Source: a virus (lineage: Duplodnaviria > Caudoviricetes). From it: DNA of 64,000 nt. Below, piece by piece: positions 19,135-28,584 of this stretch (position 1 is its first letter; the number at the start of each line of letters is the position of its first letter). Location: positions 1 to 64,000 of the IMG/VR virus record IMGVR_UViG_3300012973_001074; one strand, written 5' to 3'. Below the pieces are notes generated by a model. The model saw only the letters and a program-made list of their open reading frames with translations, was not told the DNA's origin and ran no database searches. The translations under genes were made by a program, and so were the position numbers.

Positions 19135-19541
19135 AGTGGTTCGGCGAGAGCTGGGGGGCGCCGGTCTGCGAAGCCGAAAGCCACGCTCCGACGCCTGTGG
19201 GCGAGATCTGCCTGCAATGTGAGCGGGCGATCGAAGCGGACGACCAAGGGGTCATCATCCCGCATATCGAGTCGCTCTCTCGGCCGACCAGAGACCGGGC
19301 GCAGCATCTCGACTGCCACCTGCACTCGATCGGCGCGCTCCCGTGCTCGCCGCCGTTTCATCCCGAGCGCGTCACCGGGGTCGCCGAAGCTGTCGTGACG
19401 TCGATCACGCTCATGAGTGACCCGTCGAATCGCTTCGTTCAGTGCGCGTGCGGCACTGGCTTTTTGACGAGCGCCGCGCGGAAGGATAGGGCAGGCCGCC
19501 CGCTCTGCATCGAATGCGGAGCGGCGCAGGAGCTTGCATGA
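19131..19541 (+). CDS. Cys/His-rich hypothetical protein
   Basis: WFGESWGAP...CLQC...HLDC. Confidence 0.6.
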   Translation: MKWFGESWGAPVCEAESHAPTPVGEICLQCERAIEADDQGVIIPHIESLSRPTRDRAQHLDCHLHSIGALPCSPPFHPERVTGVAEAVVTSITLMSDPSNRFVQCACGTGFLTSAARKDRAGRPLCIECGAAQELA

Positions 19542-19652
19542 ACCGCATGACCAGGATCACAACTGGCGGCCCAAGCTCCGATAGCCGCCGCGCCGCCCGT
19601 CGACGCCGGCGCGAGGGACGCGCAGCCTGACGCCAGGCGCTAGGGTCGCTGC

Positions 19653-19964
19653 ATGACCGACGAGGAGTACGCCGAGGCGCTCGAAAAGCGGCTCTTCGAG
19701 GAGCTCTTGCCGCTCGCGGGCTCGAAGGACCAGGCCGCGCTGAGGCGCCGCCTGGAGGAGGTCCTCACGGCGTTCGCCAAGGAGAACCCGGACGCGCCCA
19801 AGACGCTGAGCGGGCACCTCTGCTCGCTCTGCGGGTGCGTGTTCGCGTCGCTCTGGCCCGACGAAGAGGCGATGGCGGAGTCGCGCGCGAACTTCGGCGA
19901 CCAGCCAAAGGAGCAGCTCGCGGTCGTTTGCGACGACTGCTGGGAACGCGTTCGCCCGAACTAG
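19653..19964 (+). CDS. Zn-ribbon hypothetical protein
   Basis: CSLC...VCDDC. Confidence 0.6.
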   Translation: MTDEEYAEALEKRLFEELLPLAGSKDQAALRRRLEEVLTAFAKENPDAPKTLSGHLCSLCGCVFASLWPDEEAMAESRANFGDQPKEQLAVVCDDCWERVRPN

Positions 19965-19973
19965 GAGGTCTCG

Positions 19974-20627
19974 ATGACGACGTTGAAGGAAGGACTGCCG
20001 CCGCTGCCGCCTCGCCTCTCCGGTCTTCCCATCAGTCCGGACGGCTACCCAGTGCCGTGGTTCGTCGCCTACGTGAACGGCGTGCCCGACTTTCGGTGCT
20101 CCGACGCGCGCAAGCTCGTGGTCGCCGTGAGCGAGGACCGCTGCTGGATGTGCGGCGAGCGCAACGGGGCGTACAAGATCTTTGCGATCGGCCCCATGTG
20201 CGCCGTCAATCGCGTCACCGCCGAGCCTCCGTGCCACCTCGAATGCGCCGAGTACGCCGTGCGGGCGTGCCCGTGGCTCATGTCGCCTCGGCGTCGGCGG
20301 CGCGAGAAGGATCTGCCCGAGGAGCACGACGGCTGCGCGGGCGAGATGATCAAGCGCAACCCCGGCGTGACGCTGCTCTGGGCGACGAAGAAGTTCAAGC
20401 CGTTCCGCGCGGGCGGGGGCGGCACCGGCATCCTCTTTCGACTGGGCGATCCCGTGAACCTCGGATGGTGGTGCCGCGGCCGAACGGCCACGCGCGAGGA
20501 GATCGTCGACGCTATCGAAAGCGGAATGCCGATCCTTCGCGAGGTCGCCGCGTCGGACCCGCCGGGCTCGGTCGAAGAGCTCGAGCGCATGTACCAGGCC
20601 GCGCTCCGTCTCGTGCCCGCGGCATGA
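19974..20627 (+). CDS. conserved phage protein with Zn-binding motif
   Basis: AGGAGG RBS; GYPVPWFV...CWMCG...EPPCHLECA...ACP. Confidence 0.75.
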   Translation: MTTLKEGLPPLPPRLSGLPISPDGYPVPWFVAYVNGVPDFRCSDARKLVVAVSEDRCWMCGERNGAYKIFAIGPMCAVNRVTAEPPCHLECAEYAVRACPWLMSPRRRRREKDLPEEHDGCAGEMIKRNPGVTLLWATKKFKPFRAGGGGTGILFRLGDPVNLGWWCRGRTATREEIVDAIESGMPILREVAASDPPGSVEELERMYQAALRLVPAA

Positions 20628-20848
20628 GCATGAGCCGCGAGCAGCTCGTCGCGATCGCGCAGGCCCTCGTGACGAACCTGGACGGACACGAGCCGCGTCT
20701 GCGCGTCGTCACCGTCGTCTGCGACGAGGACGGTGAATGGGTGGGCGTGGGCACGAACACGACGCACGAGGACACGGTCGCGATCCTGCACTCGGCGCTC
20801 ACCGGCGAAGACAAGGCCATCGTCGACGTGAAGAAGGTCGTCTCCTAA
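20624..20848 (+). CDS. hypothetical protein
   Basis: ATGA overlap. Confidence 0.55.
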   Translation: MSMSREQLVAIAQALVTNLDGHEPRLRVVTVVCDEDGEWVGVGTNTTHEDTVAILHSALTGEDKAIVDVKKVVS

Positions 20849-21201
20849 AGGCCGAGGAGCGTTCGAAGGTCCGCGTTCGGCTCTTCACGAAGTCGGCTCA
20901 CGACGAGCTCGTGACCGCGCTTCGCGTCGGCCTCGGACGTGTACCGCCAGCTCGGGCGACTCCTGCCGTCCTCGCTGCTCCGGAAGACCATCGTCTCCCA
21001 GAGCACCGGCTTGTCGCTTCGGCCGTGGCCGTGGTCGATGCCGAGAAAGACCGTGCTCACCGTGACGTCCGGCCCGATCTCGGTCTGCCCGACGATGTGG
21101 TCGCACGACAGTCGGAACTCGGCCCACGAGAGAATCGAGGGGGCCGGCTCGACACTCCCGTCGGGATGACGAATGTAGAAGCAGAAGGGGTCGTGCCGCA
21201 T
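20845..21201 (-). CDS. conserved phage hypothetical protein (opposite orientation)
   Basis: VSTVFLGIDH...LWETMVF...RY...A..GH motif recalled from phage proteins. Confidence 0.7.
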   Translation of the reverse strand: MRHDPFCFYIRHPDGSVEPAPSILSWAEFRLSCDHIVGQTEIGPDVTVSTVFLGIDHGHGRSDKPVLWETMVFRSSEDGRSRPSWRYTSEADAKRGHELVVSRLREEPNADLRTLLGL

Positions 21202-21526
21202 GGCAACGAACGTAGCTGATTCGCAGAGCGGCTCACAGCCGCCGTTGCCGCGGGTGCTCGTGCATCATCCGCACGTCGAGGTCCGGCCCGAGATGCTCGG
21301 TGGTAGCCCGGTTGTCCGCGGCTCTCGTGTGCCGGTCCGCCGCCTGTGGGCCTGGCATCGCAAGGGCGTGACGGTCGAGACGCTCGTGAAGCGGTACGCC
21401 CGACTCGACTGGGCACGCATCCTCTCCGCGCTGGCCTTCGCGTACGACAACCAGGGGCTCATTGAGGCGGACCTCGAGCGCGAGCGCCGCCTGCTCGACG
21501 AGCACTTCAAGGAGTATCCACGATGA
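21200..21526 (+). CDS. DUF433 antitoxin-like protein
   Basis: PEMLGGSPVVRGSRVPV...GVTVETLVKRY..L....ILSALAFAYDN. Confidence 0.85.
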   Translation: MATNVADSQSGSQPPLPRVLVHHPHVEVRPEMLGGSPVVRGSRVPVRRLWAWHRKGVTVETLVKRYARLDWARILSALAFAYDNQGLIEADLERERRLLDEHFKEYPR

Positions 21527-22050
21527 TCGACGTCACGCGCAGAGGACCTGGCTTTCACGTGCGGATCCGTGGCGTCCATGCCGCCCAGGTCGGCGTCGAC
21601 ATCGGCATGACGCTCACGCGGGAAGAGGCGAGGGACCTGCGGTCGAAGCTCGTCGCCGAGCTCGCCGAGGAAAGCCCTCTGGAGCGCGCCGCGCGCGAGG
21701 TCATCGTAGAGGCGGACTTCATGCTGAGCGGCGGCGACGCGCCGGCGGAGAGGTGTGGGGAGTGCGGGCTCGCCGGTGAGGGAATGCTCCGCGACGCGCT
21801 CCGCAAGCTCCGCCAGCTCGTGCCTCCGTGGAGGGAAGAGCGGAGCTCGATAGAAGCGTCGGAGAGGGCCGAAAGCGCTGGCTTCCGCTCGGCGCTGCTC
21901 GAGGTCGCCGCCAAGCTCCGCTTTCTGCGAAGGAGCGAGCAGCAGGACGCCGAGGCAGCGCGTGCCTACAACGCGGCGCTCGACGACGTCGGCCGGTGCG
22001 TGCGCCGGCTCATGCCCCGCGACAGCAAGCCCGACAACGGACCTGGCTGA
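21523..22050 (+). CDS. hypothetical protein
   Basis: AGGAG RBS, ATGA overlap. Confidence 0.6.
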   Translation: MIDVTRRGPGFHVRIRGVHAAQVGVDIGMTLTREEARDLRSKLVAELAEESPLERAAREVIVEADFMLSGGDAPAERCGECGLAGEGMLRDALRKLRQLVPPWREERSSIEASERAESAGFRSALLEVAAKLRFLRRSEQQDAEAARAYNAALDDVGRCVRRLMPRDSKPDNGPG

Positions 22051-22227
22051 CGCGATTCTCCATGGAACGATCGGGGTTTTTGGGGTGTTTCTGGAAAATC
22101 CTCGCGATTTTCGATGCTCGAAGTCTCCATCATCACGGCGGATGACTGATTCGACCGGGATTCTAATGGGTTACGGCTACGCGGGTTGCGATTTGACAAC
22201 GCGAGCGTCGAGGACGATTCTATATAC

Positions 22228-22854
22228 ATGGAAGTTGTCAGAATCGGGAAAATCGTCGGGGCCGCCGCGCTCGCGGTAGCCTGCAGCTCAGCGAGCCCGG
22301 GCGAGCACGCCGCTTCGCCCGCGCCTGACGACGAGACCCGGACGCTTCCGGACGCGAGCGCGCCAGACGGGCCCGTGGTCGAGCTTGGCGGAGAGCTGGG
22401 GTGCGAGGACGATTGTCGGCTCGGCGAGAAGTGCTCGTCCGACGGTAAGTGCGTCTCGTGCGGCGACGAGGGCCGCAGGATCAGTTACCGAAGCGTGGAC
22501 GGTAAGCCCGTCGAGGACTGCAAGGGCTGTGGATGTTCGGACTGGTACGTCCTCGGCTGCTACCAGGCGAACGAGAAGCCCTACGCGTATCCGAAGCCCT
22601 GGATCGACCTGTACTGGTGGGTGGGCTACGAGCAGATGCACTGGGCGATCGCGGCCGATGGCACCGTCTTCGATGAGAGGTGCGACGAGTCGATGACGTG
22701 CTCGCCGACAGCGGTGAGGGTCGTAAGTGCCGACGTGGCGCCGGGCGGCCGCGTCGAAATCAACATTCTGCGCACGGTCGAGAAGACGGACGCCGAAGGG
22801 GTCAAGCGCTGGTGGTGGGTCGAAGGACACGTCGTCGCGACGTGTCCGCAGTGA
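22228..22854 (+). CDS. Cys-rich lipoprotein (moron-like)
   Basis: Lipobox ALAVAC; many Cys; preceded by an AT-richer gap containing TTGACA at 22193. Confidence 0.7.
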   Translation: MEVVRIGKIVGAAALAVACSSASPGEHAASPAPDDETRTLPDASAPDGPVVELGGELGCEDDCRLGEKCSSDGKCVSCGDEGRRISYRSVDGKPVEDCKGCGCSDWYVLGCYQANEKPYAYPKPWIDLYWWVGYEQMHWAIAADGTVFDERCDESMTCSPTAVRVVSADVAPGGRVEINILRTVEKTDAEGVKRWWWVEGHVVATCPQ

Positions 22855-22979
22855 GGCTGAAGCGATTCCGAACGTGGTCCGAGGTCCGGCGCGACGTGAC
22901 GACGATCCGGACCCACTGACGCGCCGCTACGGGTATCCCGAGGTTCCACGTTGGTGGCGGCTGTGTATCCTCCGCCGCC

Positions 22980-23460
22980 ATGCGAATCGCGAACCTTGCG
23001 GTGTTGCTACTCAGCCTGGCTGCGTGCAAGTCGCTGTACGGAGGGACGGGTGATTATCGATTGCGTCGACCGCGAATGTTCTGTCGAGGAACTACTCGAA
23101 CACAGTGAGATGAGCGCAACGGGGACGCACGTCCACGTGAGTGGTTCGGAGACGCGCAAGCGTAGCATCTGTTCGCAGACCCCGTGTTGGATTGACCTCG
23201 ACTACGGGCCACACAAGTTCGACTTCTCGATCAATGGGATGCCCTGGTGCGCGGACGAGCCCTATCTCTACTTCGAGGGCACAGGCGACTGTGCCGTCGG
23301 AGCATCGGCGACCGTCACATCGACGCTGAATCCGACTGTGATCAGGGTCCGCCCAGGCTTCGAGCGGCATGCACCGAGCAAATCTCGTCGCGAGGTGCAC
23401 GCCCCGAAGGTCGTCACGTTCGAGGTCACCGACGGGCGATACGGCGCGCCGCAGCAGTAG
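22980..23460 (+). pseudogene. Frameshifted lipoprotein gene
   Basis: MRIANLAVLLLSLAAC signal in one frame; removing one G at 23040 joins it to EGRVIIDC... of the ORF ending at 23460. Confidence 0.6.
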
Positions 23461-23485
23461 CGGCTCACAAGGGCGCTGCCACTTG

Positions 23486-23896
23486 CTAGGCGGCTTCGGT
23501 CATCAGCGTGAGCAGGCGCTCACCGGCGTCGGAGTCGAGGACGCCACTTTCGATCGCGCTTCGCGCCATACGGCGTACGCGTTCGCGCTCTTCGTTGGTG
23601 ATTGCTCGATGCCAGGCTTCGCGCACGTACCTTTCGACGTCGGGCGAGCCCACTTTCCGCTGCGCGTGTCGCGTGGCTTCCGGATCGCGGGGCCGGAGCC
23701 CGCTCTCATGCGGGCCGCGCGATGGATTCATGACGGCGGCGACGCCGGTCCCATTGGCGGCCGCCTCCTCGGCGGCGGCCTTCAGAAGGTCCTCGGTCGC
23801 GTCCTCGATCGCCTGGTCGAGCGCCGCGCGCGCCAGCATCAGGGACCTCAGACGCTTGAGAGCTCGGGTGTAGCTCACGGCCGCCCTCACGAGCAT
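23486..23896 (-). CDS. hypothetical protein
   Basis: Helical ORF convergent with the + arm. Confidence 0.5.
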   Translation of the reverse strand: MLVRAAVSYTRALKRLRSLMLARAALDQAIEDATEDLLKAAAEEAAANGTGVAAVMNPSRGPHESGLRPRDPEATRHAQRKVGSPDVERYVREAWHRAITNEERERVRRMARSAIESGVLDSDAGERLLTLMTEAA

Positions 23897-24065
23897 CCAG
23901 CGTGCCCGCTACCTCGACCCGTCCGCGCGGCAAAGGGCCGTCCTCCGGCCGGTTCCGGGGCGTCACGAGGCCGTTAGGTGTCGCTGCTGTAGCTCCCTTC
24001 ACGGCCGCCGTGCGCCATACCCGGGGGCCTGGCAACATCGCCACAGAGCGCCCAGCCACAAACGC

Positions 24066-24100
24066 AAAAAAGCCCCTACTCCCCGTGAGGGAGTAGGGGC
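24066..24100 (-). terminator. Rho-independent terminator of the late/lysis operon
   Basis: Perfect 12-bp stem GCCCCTACTCCC/GGGAGTAGGGGC, 5-nt loop, T6 tail on the - strand. Confidence 0.9.
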
Positions 24101-24219
24101 GGGGGAGGCGCGTCTGGAGGTCCGCACCTACGGTGGTACGCGGGCGCGTGACTCGCAGACTGGCCACACGCTTCGTGCACGCGCGTCGAGTACCGCAGGC
24201 GCTAGAAGCAACGATCGCG

Positions 24220-25401
24220 CTACGCGCGCACGACGGGGCGGAAGCCCTGAAGGTAGTCCTTCCAGCTCTTCGCGTGCCGGTAGTACGGCTGCTGCACGAC
24301 GCGACCGGGCCCGGGCGTAGCCGGCGCGTACGTCGGGACCGTGATGCCCTGTCGCCGCTTGAGCTCCGCGTCGAAGTAGGCGACCGACTCGACGTGGCAG
24401 CCGTAGATGCCGACGCGATCGCCGTCGCGGACGATGTCCTTGAATCCCCCAGCCACGAGGTGAAAGTCGTGGCCGAGTCCGCGCTGTGCGATGAACGCTT
24501 CGATGTCCGCGCGTACCGACGCGTGCATCTCCGGGGAGTTCATGGTCGCCGGTGTGCGGTCGTGCGTTCGAATCGTGATCGACGGATCGAGCCGCAGGTC
24601 GGCCGCGCGCCAGATCGCGTCCACGAGGGCGGGCGTCGGCAGGGTCACTCCGAGGCGCTTGGCGAGCGTTTCGGCCTCTCCGATGCCGATGGGCGCGACG
24701 TAGATCGGCGCGACGCGCCAGCGTTCGCCGGCGAGCTCGACGGGGACGTAGTCCTCGAACGTGGCGAGCAGCTCGGTGCGCGCGACGACGGGCGTGACCA
24801 ACATCGCATCCGCGGGCGCCGGCTCCAGCTCTCGGCCCAGATCGAAGTGCGAGCGGACGAGGTCGAGGTACCAAGCCCACGGAAAGGCCGGACCAGGATC
24901 CCAGTGACCATCGCCGGCGTAGAGGCCGTGCGTGACGTCGACGTGTCCGCAGATGCCGCGCCGTTCCCCTCGGCGTATGTCCTCGCCCGTCAGACGTCGG
25001 ACCGGGATTGAGTAGCGTCGACAGATGTCGGCGACGAGCGCGGCGGAGCGCTCGAGCATCGCGGTCGAGTACGCGTCGCGCCATTCAGCGGCGCTCTGTC
25101 CGCTGTAGCCCGCGTGCTCGATGCCGATCGAGTAGCCGTTCACGAGGCCGGCGTGCTGGGCGATGTCCTTCTCAAGGACGCTTTGCCAGATCTCGCTCGC
25201 ATCGACCGAGTAGTGCGCGCTCGCGACAACGGGCACGGGCATGCCGTTCTTGTCGCGTCCCATCGGGTTCCGAAAGAACCCGGCGCACCACTCGGCGCTC
25301 TTGGCGCGCTCGGGGTACTCCATCGCGTGAATGACGACGAGGTCGATCGCGATCCGGTTCGCGACCTTGAAGTGCTTGGCCTGCACGAACGGAAACGTCA
25401 T
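24220..25401 (-). CDS. Endolysin: N-acetylmuramoyl-L-alanine amidase (Amidase_2) plus uncharacterised C-terminal domain
   Basis: VVIHAME, ASAHYSVD, SIGIEH, GHVDV, HWDPG Zn-amidase motifs. Confidence 0.88.
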   Translation of the reverse strand: MTFPFVQAKHFKVANRIAIDLVVIHAMEYPERAKSAEWCAGFFRNPMGRDKNGMPVPVVASAHYSVDASEIWQSVLEKDIAQHAGLVNGYSIGIEHAGYSGQSAAEWRDAYSTAMLERSAALVADICRRYSIPVRRLTGEDIRRGERRGICGHVDVTHGLYAGDGHWDPGPAFPWAWYLDLVRSHFDLGRELEPAPADAMLVTPVVARTELLATFEDYVPVELAGERWRVAPIYVAPIGIGEAETLAKRLGVTLPTPALVDAIWRAADLRLDPSITIRTHDRTPATMNSPEMHASVRADIEAFIAQRGLGHDFHLVAGGFKDIVRDGDRVGIYGCHVESVAYFDAELKRRQGITVPTYAPATPGPGRVVQQPYYRHAKSWKDYLQGFRPVVRA

Positions 25402-25703
25402 GGGACCTCGCCGGGCGGAGCTGTTTGGAGCGAGTGCCTGCAGAGCAGCAGCATCGGAGAGCCGTCTCGCGCGAGGACGAAGACCGAGCGCTGCATCGCC
25501 GCGAAGGACGCGCAGAGATCGGGGTGCTTCGTGAAGTCCTCGAGCGTCACGCACGCGAGCGACTCGGTGCCGATCGGCCGCGTGGTCGGCGTGTAGAGCC
25601 GGTCGAGGTGTGCGGCGAACGCGGCGCGGCCGCGCGCGAGCAGACCCTCGATGGTGGCCACGATGTCCTTGTGCTCACCGCGGCGGGCAGCGGGTGCCGC
25701 CAC
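25398..25703 (-). CDS. hypothetical protein
   Basis: Fills the operon gap; start uncertain. Confidence 0.4.
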   Translation of the reverse strand: MAAPAARRGEHKDIVATIEGLLARGRAAFAAHLDRLYTPTTRPIGTESLACVTLEDFTKHPDLCASFAAMQRSVFVLARDGSPMLLLCRHSLQTAPPGEVP

Positions 25704-26037
25704 ACGCGAGCACGTCGGCTTTCGTCTGGGCGCCGGCCCAGCAGGTGAGCGGCCAGGTGCGCTGCTCGCTGCTCGTCCGGCACGTGTCCTCGCACGTGAC
25801 GTTGCCGGGCGTCGGGAAGCCCTCGCGACAGTTGGCGCGGCGAAGGCCTTCGCACGCGTCGTCGCACGTCGCGAGCCCTGGCGTCGGCGTCGGCGCCGGC
25901 GTGGGGGCGGGAGCGTCCGGCTGCTCGGGGTGCTCGACGCGACAACCAGAGACCACCATCGCAGGGGCGATGCTCGCGAGCGCGAGCGCGAGGGCGAGGC
26001 GCGGCGTACGCAAACGCGCGCAGGCGGGAACGTTCAT
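25675..26037 (-). CDS. Cys-rich lipoprotein
   Basis: Hydrophobic signal plus VSGC, Pro linker, Cys-rich domain. Confidence 0.65.
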   Translation of the reverse strand: MNVPACARLRTPRLALALALASIAPAMVVSGCRVEHPEQPDAPAPTPAPTPTPGLATCDDACEGLRRANCREGFPTPGNVTCEDTCRTSSEQRTWPLTCWAGAQTKADVLACGGTRCPPR

Positions 26038-26363
26038 GGGGACCTCGGGTTCTTGGCCTTGACGATGCTCTCGAACGCGTGCGCGTCAGCCCCGGCGTCG
26101 CTCGCGCCCGTGCGGGGCCAGTCGTCGCCGCCGCGATAGCAGCAGTAGCCAGCGGGGCAGGTGCTGAAGAGGCCCCTCCAGTTGCCGCCGCATTCGTGCT
26201 TGTACGGACAGCACGAGTGGTCGGGACACTCGACGCCCCAGACGCCACAAGGGTAGGCCGTGCCTGGTCCCTCCTTCGGGTGGAGTAGATCGCTTCGGCA
26301 CGACGCGATCATGAGCCCGACCAAGATCAGGGCGGCGGCGATGACCGCATGGTGAAACTTCAT
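26034..26363 (-). CDS. Cys-rich lipoprotein
   Basis: Signal ...MIASC; CC-rich knottin-like segment. Confidence 0.7.
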   Translation of the reverse strand: MKFHHAVIAAALILVGLMIASCRSDLLHPKEGPGTAYPCGVWGVECPDHSCCPYKHECGGNWRGLFSTCPAGYCCYRGGDDWPRTGASDAGADAHAFESIVKAKNPRSP

Positions 26364-27187
26364 GGAGCAAGCGACGCGGGCGCAGAGGTGATGACCATGC
26401 GGGCGTAGCTCCAGGGACCCGCGAGGAAGCGCTTCGCCACGCGCACGATCCCGCGGTTGCCGTGGCTCTCGCCCCAGCTCGAGACGACGAGGAAGGCCTC
26501 CTCGTCGTAGCCGCAGATCGCCTGCATGTGTCCCGGCAAGCCGGGGTAATCCTCGACGCGGCCCGGAGCGTCGTAGAGCTCGTCGCCGACCACGCGCCCG
26601 AAGCGCGGCTCGACGAGCATTCCGAAGACCGGGAAGTAGTCGAGCGCGATCGCGCCTTCGAGCGCTCCGATGATGTCGCCCGTATCAGCGCGGAAGTACC
26701 CGGTCATGACCGAGTCGGCGGCCTCGTGGTACGTCGTGAAGTCGGGCTTCGTGTTGATCCATGTCGTGCCTCGCGGCGCCAGCGCGAGCATGTTCGGATC
26801 GTCGGTGAAGAGCGGCCATGACACCTCCGGAACGAGCCCATGGCGCCGAGCGGCCTCGATGGCGTCATGGGGGCGGCAGCCCCAGTCGATGAGCTCTGGA
26901 ACGTCGCCGCCCGCGAGACGTGCCTGGTCGTAAATCAGCTTCGCGCTCGGACGGCGTACCGGCTTTCCGCTCGCCTGGCCTCGCAGGAAGATCGCTGTCG
27001 CGATCGCGCATCCCACGCAGCTGTTCGTCCAGCCCTGGTCGATGATCCGGTCGATGAGGCCGCGCCGGTCGAAGTCCTTCGGCCGCTTCGCCATGCCGGT
27101 GAGGACGGTGAGCGGGCAGCTGGCATTCTCGGCTCGAACGAGCTCCGGATCGTCCGGAAGCAGGCCCGTGCCACGAACGAGGATCAC
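26360..27187 (-). CDS. Papain-like (C1) cysteine peptidase
   Basis: DQGWTNSCVG (Gln/Cys), GHMQAICGYD (His), SSWG. Confidence 0.85.
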   Translation of the reverse strand: MILVRGTGLLPDDPELVRAENASCPLTVLTGMAKRPKDFDRRGLIDRIIDQGWTNSCVGCAIATAIFLRGQASGKPVRRPSAKLIYDQARLAGGDVPELIDWGCRPHDAIEAARRHGLVPEVSWPLFTDDPNMLALAPRGTTWINTKPDFTTYHEAADSVMTGYFRADTGDIIGALEGAIALDYFPVFGMLVEPRFGRVVGDELYDAPGRVEDYPGLPGHMQAICGYDEEAFLVVSSWGESHGNRGIVRVAKRFLAGPWSYARMVITSAPASLAP

Positions 27188-27360
27188 CGCGCGCCTCCGA
27201 TGGCGATCTGCGAGCCCGCGAGCCCGAACATGAGGACGAGCAAGCCGCAGAAGAACGCGATGCGTGCGACCTCCTTCACCTCTGGCCGCTGGATGGGCAT
27301 GAGGTAGACGACGAGTCCCAGCAGCACGACGAGTCCGGGGACAACGGTGATGATGGTCAT
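27184..27360 (-). CDS. Small two-TM membrane protein (holin-like, 58 aa)
   Basis: MTIITVVPGLVVLLGLVVYLM...IAFFCGLLVLMFGLAG; overlaps both neighbours by 4 nt. Confidence 0.6.
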   Translation of the reverse strand: MTIITVVPGLVVLLGLVVYLMPIQRPEVKEVARIAFFCGLLVLMFGLAGSQIAIGGAR

Positions 27361-27788
27361 GGAGGATCTCCCTGCCGCGACAGGCGCGGCTCGAGTGCGA
27401 GGTAGTGAGCGACGTCCTGCTCGACGAGGAGGCCCTGGGCGACGAGCTTGCGCATGATCCGGATCACGCGAAGGCGCACGTCGTCGGTGGTGGCCTCCTC
27501 GTAGCAGCGGCGGACGTGGCGAAGGGCGGCGCCCTGGGTGAAGGCGGGGGACCGCTCGACCTTGCTGCGCAGCTGCGAATGGAGCGGCGAGGTCGGTGGC
27601 GGCGCTTTGAACGGTAGCCGCGGACCCGTCTTTTCGGCCTCACGCACGACGTTCGGAGGCGAGGCGATCCGCGCGGGCCCAGACTCGGATTCGTGCTCGC
27701 CGAGCTCGATGGCGAGTCGCATCGCCTCGGCCTGCGCCTCCTGGGCGCGCGCTAGTGCCTCGAGCAGCCGGAGCCGCTTTTGAAGCAC
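27357..27788 (-). CDS. hypothetical protein
   Basis: GTG start within the track ORF 27357..28046. Confidence 0.5.
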   Translation of the reverse strand: MLQKRLRLLEALARAQEAQAEAMRLAIELGEHESESGPARIASPPNVVREAEKTGPRLPFKAPPPTSPLHSQLRSKVERSPAFTQGAALRHVRRCYEEATTDDVRLRVIRIMRKLVAQGLLVEQDVAHYLALEPRLSRQGDPP

Positions 27789-27799
27789 GAGGGGCCCCG

Positions 27800-28189
27800 C
27801 TAGTCGGAGCTCGCAGCGTCGGCGGCGCCGGCGTCGGCGCACGTCGCGGTGCGGGCCTGCGCGGCCGCACGCGCGCTCGCGGTGCGCGCGCCCGCGAGGA
27901 CATCGCGCATCGGACCGATGAGGGGGCCGGTGATACCGCACACGCGGGCGACGTCGCCTTCGGGCAGAGCCTGGTTCGCGATGACGCAGAGCACCTGCGC
28001 CACGTCGAGCACGGTCCGCGCACCCTGACGCTGGGCAGGGGTGCACGCCGCGACGGCAAGACCAAACGCGAGCGCGAGGCTCGAGGCTGCGGCCAGCTTG
28101 GCGCCCGTGGCCGATCGGGAAACGGTCGCGCGCTGCTCGGCGAGTTCGCCAAGGGGACGGGCTGCGGGCTCACGATAGGGGTGCATCAT
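27800..28189 (-). CDS. Lipoprotein (possible o-spanin-like)
   Basis: LAFGLAVAAC lipobox, lysis-region context. Confidence 0.5.
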   Translation of the reverse strand: MMHPYREPAARPLGELAEQRATVSRSATGAKLAAASSLALAFGLAVAACTPAQRQGARTVLDVAQVLCVIANQALPEGDVARVCGITGPLIGPMRDVLAGARTASARAAAQARTATCADAGAADAASSD

Positions 28190-28584
28190 GGGGTGGGTAC
28201 TCCTTCGACCGCGTCGAGCGCGGCGAGGTACTCGTCGGGCTCGGTGAGCCCGTCTTCCTCGCCGTGCGTGATGCTGGCGTGCGAGACGATGTGCCCGGCG
28301 CCGCGCAGTGCCTTGATGAACAGCGCGACGAGACGGTTGGCGTCGGATGGGTTCTGGGTGTTGTGGAGAGGGCCGAAGCCGCTGATGGTGACCGCCCACT
28401 GCCGTTGCTTGAGGCTCGAAGGACCGTGCATCCTCGGCGGCGGCACAGACTGAATCCGCTCGTTCAGGGCGGTGAGCAGCGGCAGCGCCGTCTCGCGGAG
28501 CGAGTCGGCCTTCCGATGGAAGGCCGCGACGGCAGGGTGCTGTTCGCCGCTGCTCGGCGGCTTCTTCTTCCCGCTGTCACTCAT
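28186..28584 (-). CDS. hypothetical protein
   Basis: GGAGG RBS, ATGA overlaps. Confidence 0.6.
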   Translation of the reverse strand: MSDSGKKKPPSSGEQHPAVAAFHRKADSLRETALPLLTALNERIQSVPPPRMHGPSSLKQRQWAVTISGFGPLHNTQNPSDANRLVALFIKALRGAGHIVSHASITHGEEDGLTEPDEYLAALDAVEGVPTP

